Part shown: positions 60,290-64,000 of the stretch, in pieces
How the letters are laid out: every line of letters begins with the position of its first letter
Position numbering within the stretch: position 1 is the stretch's first letter
DNA from: a virus
Lineage: Duplodnaviria; Caudoviricetes
IMG/VR virus record: IMGVR_UViG_3300032227_000976
Location: 5,239 to 69,238 of that record
Direction: 5' to 3' (one strand)
DNA length: 64,000 nucleotides
Translations under genes and position numbers: made by a program
The notes under the pieces: model-generated
What the model was told of the DNA's origin: nothing
The model's database searches: none
What the model saw: the letters and a program-made list of their open reading frames with translations, nothing else

Positions 60290-60546
60290 GATTGCTTCAC
60301 CCATCCTTCTTCTCTCGCCCGTTTCGGGTTGTCGGTAATGACCGTGTGGCACGGCCGGCACAGGCAGGCGAGGTTCCTCTCGTCGTCCAAACTGCCGCCC
60401 CTGGCACGGGTCTTGATCTCATGCACGTCCACGGCCCGCTGCGAATGGCAGCGGGCACAGACGGGGTTCTCATCCAGCAGGCGCTTCACCAACGGAATGC
60501 GGACATTCCGGTAGTAGTCCTGTCGTTTCTTGCTACGTGTCTTCAC
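60280..60546 (-). CDS. HNH endonuclease
   Basis: CARC....AVDVHEIKTRARGGS..D..NL..LCRPCH. Confidence 0.85.
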   Translation of the reverse strand: MKTRSKKRQDYYRNVRIPLVKRLLDENPVCARCHSQRAVDVHEIKTRARGGSLDDERNLACLCRPCHTVITDNPKRAREEGWVKQSWE

Positions 60547-60721
60547 GTGGACCGCCGGGGAAATACCGAACGATCTCCTTGTATGGGTGTCTCTCGCGAG
60601 GTGTCACACCGCATTCGTGGTATTTCGCTTGCGTTTGTGCGGCCCCAGCAGACCTGTGAGGTCCGAACATGCGCCCGCATATGTGGCACTGGATGAATAT
60701 GGAATATCCGTCGATCGCCAT
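60533..60721 (-). CDS. Small C2H-type Zn-finger protein (62 aa)
   Basis: CHICG...H...A..HEC; RBS AAGGA. Confidence 0.6.
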   Translation of the reverse strand: MAIDGYSIFIQCHICGRMFGPHRSAGAAQTQAKYHECGVTPRERHPYKEIVRYFPGGPREDT

Positions 60722-60733
60722 AGGGGTTCCTTC

Positions 60734-61081
60734 CTACGTGTACTGACCGGTCGCCTCGGACATAAACTCCGCGCGACGGGCAGCAGAAATGGACCGGATG
60801 GCGTCGAACGCCACTTCCAGGTACTTGATGCGTGCTTTCGCGGCCCGGACCCTCATGTCGGCGAGTTCCCGTTCAAGGGCTAAGCCGCTCGTGTCGAGGA
60901 TCGACTGCTGCTTGCGGATCTCCATGGACCCGTTCAGGGACATGAACGCATGGGCATACGCTTGGCGCTCCTTCCATTCGGCTCGTACCGCGAGTTCGTC
61001 GAGGTCGGCGAGTTCAGTCACGGTGGACTTCAACTCGATGGTGAGTTCGGTGAGCTGAGTGACGATGTCTTGAGCGTTCAA
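60734..61081 (-). CDS. Coiled-coil protein (possibly UvsY-like mediator)
   Basis: TTG start behind AGGAGGAG; helical AY..AF....GS.E.RK...A...RI..LE...DA.RS pattern. Function is inference. Confidence 0.55.
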   Translation of the reverse strand: MNAQDIVTQLTELTIELKSTVTELADLDELAVRAEWKERQAYAHAFMSLNGSMEIRKQQSILDTSGLALERELADMRVRAAKARIKYLEVAFDAIRSISAARRAEFMSEATGQYT

Positions 61082-61101
61082 CTGGTCTCCTCCTCTTGTT
61101 G

Positions 61102-61506
61102 TTACGTGCCGTAGCCGCAATGCGTGCCCCGCCAGTTCAAGACACCGCCATGATTGATGGAGTGCAGGAACACGAGGTCCTGTATGTGGGCAGGTGCGTG
61201 GTTCGCGGCCTTGTACTGCTTGGCGACGTACACACCTTGGTATTTCGTCCACTTCGCGTTGCCCTGCCACGTGCTGTCAAGGAACTGGTAGGCACCGGCG
61301 GCTGAACTTGTAGCGTTGTGCGCCTTGTAGTCGTGGCGGCTCTCGTGTGTCCTGATGCAGGCTGCAAGTTCACGGACCCATCTGGGTTCGTTACTCCATG
61401 CGTGGTGCCCGGAGTCCTGGTACATGTTTGGTACTGCTTTCGGTGCTTGCCGCGGCGCTTCCTTAGGGATGAGGATGGCGACGGAAGCGACTAAAGATTC
61501 GATCAT
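61102..61506 (-). CDS. Rpf-like/lysozyme-fold transglycosylase
   Basis: LAACIRTHES...Y.A.N..S.A.GAYQF...TW...A..AP...QD......GG...W...C; hydrophobic N-terminus. Confidence 0.85.
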   Translation of the reverse strand: MIESLVASVAILIPKEAPRQAPKAVPNMYQDSGHHAWSNEPRWVRELAACIRTHESRHDYKAHNATSSAAGAYQFLDSTWQGNAKWTKYQGVYVAKQYKAANHAPAHIQDLVFLHSINHGGVLNWRGTHCGYGT

Positions 61507-61639
61507 GGGTTTCCTTTCACGAAGTTCGGCTCCCTCACATCGGGTGCCCTGCCTATTCAGTTTCAATCACCGTGCATCAGAACAACCTAATGCAATGACG
61601 CAGAATGTGTCAGTGGAACACGGTGATACACCGGAAATG

Positions 61640-61678
61640 CGAAAGGCCCCGCCGGACCGAAGTCCGACAGGGCCTTTC
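61640..61678 (-). terminator. Hairpin terminator
   Basis: AAAGGCCCTGTCGGAC-TTCG-GTCCGGCGGGGCCTTT on the minus strand. Confidence 0.7.
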
Positions 61679-61857
61679 AACCGCATCATTGATGCGGGCA
61701 TTTGTTACATCAGCGCCTAACTGATGACTGCGACAACGATCGCCAGCGTCGTTACGGGCGCACCTGGGCGGTGGCCTCGGCTTACCCCAATACGGGTCGT
61801 GCTGGTGATGGCAGCTTTCGGGCAAGCCCTTGGCTATGACATTACGTTCCTATTTTA

Positions 61858-62019
61858 TCACGCGTCCGTCTTTGAGTTTCTCCAAATGCCGTCAGCGCCT
61901 AGGACGAGCGTGTCCCCTGCCTGCGGATCCACGATGACCACGTCAGCGAGGTCGTCAAGTCGGTGAACATGCCCGCCGGTCGCTCCAGATGCCTGAATGA
62001 GTCCACGATTCATGTCCAT
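61858..62019 (-). CDS. Small protein with tail-fibre-type L.DL.DV...P..GD.L....G.W.N repeat
   Basis: LDDLADVVIVDPQAGDTLVLGADGIWRN. Confidence 0.65.
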   Translation of the reverse strand: MDMNRGLIQASGATGGHVHRLDDLADVVIVDPQAGDTLVLGADGIWRNSKTDA

Positions 62020-62020
62020 G

Positions 62021-63085
62021 TCAGGCCACCGTGATTCGGATGTCGCCGATGCGCGGCGACGTCCCATACGGCATGTTTCGGCTCAACTGGTACCGCTCAG
62101 GCACGCCGCCCCACGCAACACCGTTGGCGAACGCACCGATAATGAGTTGCGTCGCCCACTCGGTCGGCACCTCCACCCACGATGACTCACCACGGGACAG
62201 TGTCCCTGCATCGACCTGGCTGTCCGTGAGGAACGGCTCCCCGTCTGGCTTGCCTTGGTAGGCGTGCAGCGCCAGCCGCGACAAGACAGGCCCGGGGTCG
62301 CCACCAGCCGAATACCGGTCGATAAACACCTCGCACTTCGACACGACTGCGCCCCTCAGCACCCCGAACGGGTTGGGGGAGCCAAAGAAGAAGTACGTCG
62401 TCTGCACCCCGTTGTTGTCATTCCACTCGTACCCGTCACCGTGGAACCAGTCGGACTGGGCAGGTATCCAGTGCGGGTCCGTTGACCCTGGTCTCCCAGC
62501 AGCCCAGCAGTAGATCGCCCCGGGACTGAACGAATACACCCCGGGGGTGATGGAATCCGGTGGGAGGGTGAAGAAGGTGACGGGCGCACTCCAACGGGAC
62601 GTTTCGGCGGCCAATTTCGACCTGACTGAGTATGAGTAGCGAGAGCTGGGTGTCAGCCCGCTCACTGTGAGTGTCGTCTCCGGTCCGGTGTAGATGACCC
62701 GGTAGGAGTCAGTGACGTCGCACACCTCGTACACGGTCGTACCAGACTGAGCATTCCACTTGAGCGTGACAGCAGTGTCGCCGATCGCTGCCGTCTCCAA
62801 CCCTGACGGGGCTGGAAGGCTGGACGTGTACGTCATGAGCGACTTGTCGTATGTCTTCGCTCCCACAGTTGTCTCAACTCGGAAGTCGTACCGGCTGCTT
62901 GGCTCCCCAGTGAACCCAAACTGACGTTCGGTGCCCGTGTAGATGGGTGTCGCCTCACCGACCCGGTACAGGTTCCATTCAGTTCCGGACCCATTCCACC
63001 TCAGGACGAGATCCGTCCACGAGTCGGTGCCGTAGTAGGCGAGGAAGTACTTGATTGGTGGTACCTCCGGTGCAGTGATGCTCAT
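62021..63085 (-). CDS. FN3-domain protein with tail-tip-like C-terminal domain (about 354 aa)
   Basis: PAPSGL...TAVTLKW...Y.G..TT.TVSGLTPSSRYSYSVR; ATGA coupling. Confidence 0.75.
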   Translation of the reverse strand: MSITAPEVPPIKYFLAYYGTDSWTDLVLRWNGSGTEWNLYRVGEATPIYTGTERQFGFTGEPSSRYDFRVETTVGAKTYDKSLMTYTSSLPAPSGLETAAIGDTAVTLKWNAQSGTTVYEVCDVTDSYRVIYTGPETTLTVSGLTPSSRYSYSVRSKLAAETSRWSAPVTFFTLPPDSITPGVYSFSPGAIYCWAAGRPGSTDPHWIPAQSDWFHGDGYEWNDNNGVQTTYFFFGSPNPFGVLRGAVVSKCEVFIDRYSAGGDPGPVLSRLALHAYQGKPDGEPFLTDSQVDAGTLSRGESSWVEVPTEWATQLIIGAFANGVAWGGVPERYQLSRNMPYGTSPRIGDIRITVA

Positions 63086-63555
63086 TGCTCCTCCATGATG
63101 TCTGCCTGCACGGCCCGCAGCGCAGCGACGTACTCCACGGTGTTGCCGGGGACGACGATGGTGTTGTTCGTGACAGTCTGGCCAGTTGAGTTTTCCAGCC
63201 CGAGGAGTTTGGCCCGCTTGTCGATGATCTTCAGGCACGTGTCAACGGCACGGTTGTCGCCTCCTATGGCGTCATTCCACACTGCCTGCTGCAACTGGTC
63301 GAGCCGGTCCAGTTCAAGGGCGAGCAGAGTGCGTCGCTGCCCGATGTCGACGAGGTTCGCCGCAGTGGCGATCCGATCAGACACGAGCCCTGATGCGACA
63401 TGCTCACTGATTCCGAGTGCTTCGGCAATGTCCCACCAAGCGACGCCGTCGCGGCGCATGCGGTAGGCGCGCAGGGACAGGTCGTTGACCCGTGCACGCT
63501 CCTCCGCGTCCGCGAGGGCCTTTTTTGTCCTCGTGAGTTCGGTTGTCTTGGTCAT
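63082..63555 (-). CDS. HTH protein of the type often annotated terminase small subunit in actinophages
   Basis: AYRMRRDG..W..IAEALG...LELDRLD.L....W..A..GD..AVD..LKI..KRAKLLGL. Confidence 0.5.
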   Translation of the reverse strand: MTKTTELTRTKKALADAEERARVNDLSLRAYRMRRDGVAWWDIAEALGISEHVASGLVSDRIATAANLVDIGQRRTLLALELDRLDQLQQAVWNDAIGGDNRAVDTCLKIIDKRAKLLGLENSTGQTVTNNTIVVPGNTVEYVAALRAVQADIMEEQ

Positions 63556-63995
63556 GCGCTCATCCTTTCCCGCTGCTTGGCGATCGCGGCGGTTGCTGCG
63601 GCCTGCTGCTTGGCGATCGCGGCCCTCGCTGCGGACTGCCAGTTCCATTTGTGTTTCGACAGGAGCGCGTGGCGTTCCCGGTGGGTGATGCCACCCCATA
63701 CCCCGTGCGGTTCCTTCGACTCAAATGAGGCAATAAGGCAGTCGGTGCGCACGGGGCATGGGCCGCATATCTTCCTCGCCATGCCTATCTCCCTGCGGGT
63801 GATCGGCTCAGTGAGCGTTCCGTAGAAGATCTCGATGGGCATGCCCTGGCATGCCGCGCTATTCGTCCACTTGTCTCGTGGCGCTAAGCGCAATGCACGT
63901 GGCATCGACGAGGTCTTGGGAATGGGCGTTCGCACGAAGGTCTGGGTGTTCAGACTGAAGCCATTGTGCGACTTGTTCCTTGTTCGCGTTGCCAT
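63552..63995 (-). CDS. whiB: WhiB-family transcription factor
   Basis: W...AAC.G....IFY...A..IC..CPVR..CL......HGVWGG.T..ER. Confidence 0.93.
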   Translation of the reverse strand: MATRTRNKSHNGFSLNTQTFVRTPIPKTSSMPRALRLAPRDKWTNSAACQGMPIEIFYGTLTEPITRREIGMARKICGPCPVRTDCLIASFESKEPHGVWGGITHRERHALLSKHKWNWQSAARAAIAKQQAAATAAIAKQRERMSA

Positions 63996-64000
63996 GACCA

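Larger units (their letters stand above)
1..64000. mobile_element. Temperate siphovirus-type actinophage genome segment (non-integrated form)
   Basis: Terminase, portal, protease, capsid, tail, tape measure, lysis, repressor, tyrosine integrase and intact attP all present. No host housekeeping genes. WhiB and DUF4192 point to Actinomycetota. Confidence 0.97.

Overview
The window is a continuous stretch of a temperate, long-tailed (siphovirus-type) phage of a high-GC Actinomycetota host, indicated by WhiB, DUF4192 and an Rpf-like transglycosylase. It appears to be non-integrated, because attP is intact with arm sites on both sides of a tRNA-Asn 3'-half core. Layout: leftward replication genes (1-3704); a divergent control region (3705-4430); a rightward late arm (4433-47939); a leftward early region of small genes separated by conserved hairpin repeats (48004-56512); repressor, attP and integrase (56738-58544); and leftward middle genes (58555-64000). 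The late arm runs terminase, a two-gene insertion, fibre/glycosidase/collagen/lysis genes, portal, a very expanded head module, capsid, then tail. Most unusual is the head module (about 14.9-33.6 kb), with three linked features. (i) A textbook -1 frameshift signal (C CCA AAA, 5-nt spacer, 7-bp hairpin) would fuse a 1068-aa head-region protein to a CbbX/SpoVK/EccA-type AAA+ ATPase. (ii) A hydrophobic-x-Lys|(Ala/Ser) motif recurs about 30 times in head-module proteins, including the XkdF-type protease and scaffold. It divides them into basic, Gly/Ala-rich membrane-like peptides plus ParB-like, degenerate JAB-like and possibly ART-like domains. (iii) Together these suggest a protease-programmed capsid cargo system with its own ATPase, which is inference. 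Two families of intergenic structured repeats, 10-bp phased operator-like repeats and a tandem array of Cys-rich paralogues are also visible. All protein family calls come from motifs read by eye; no database search was run.
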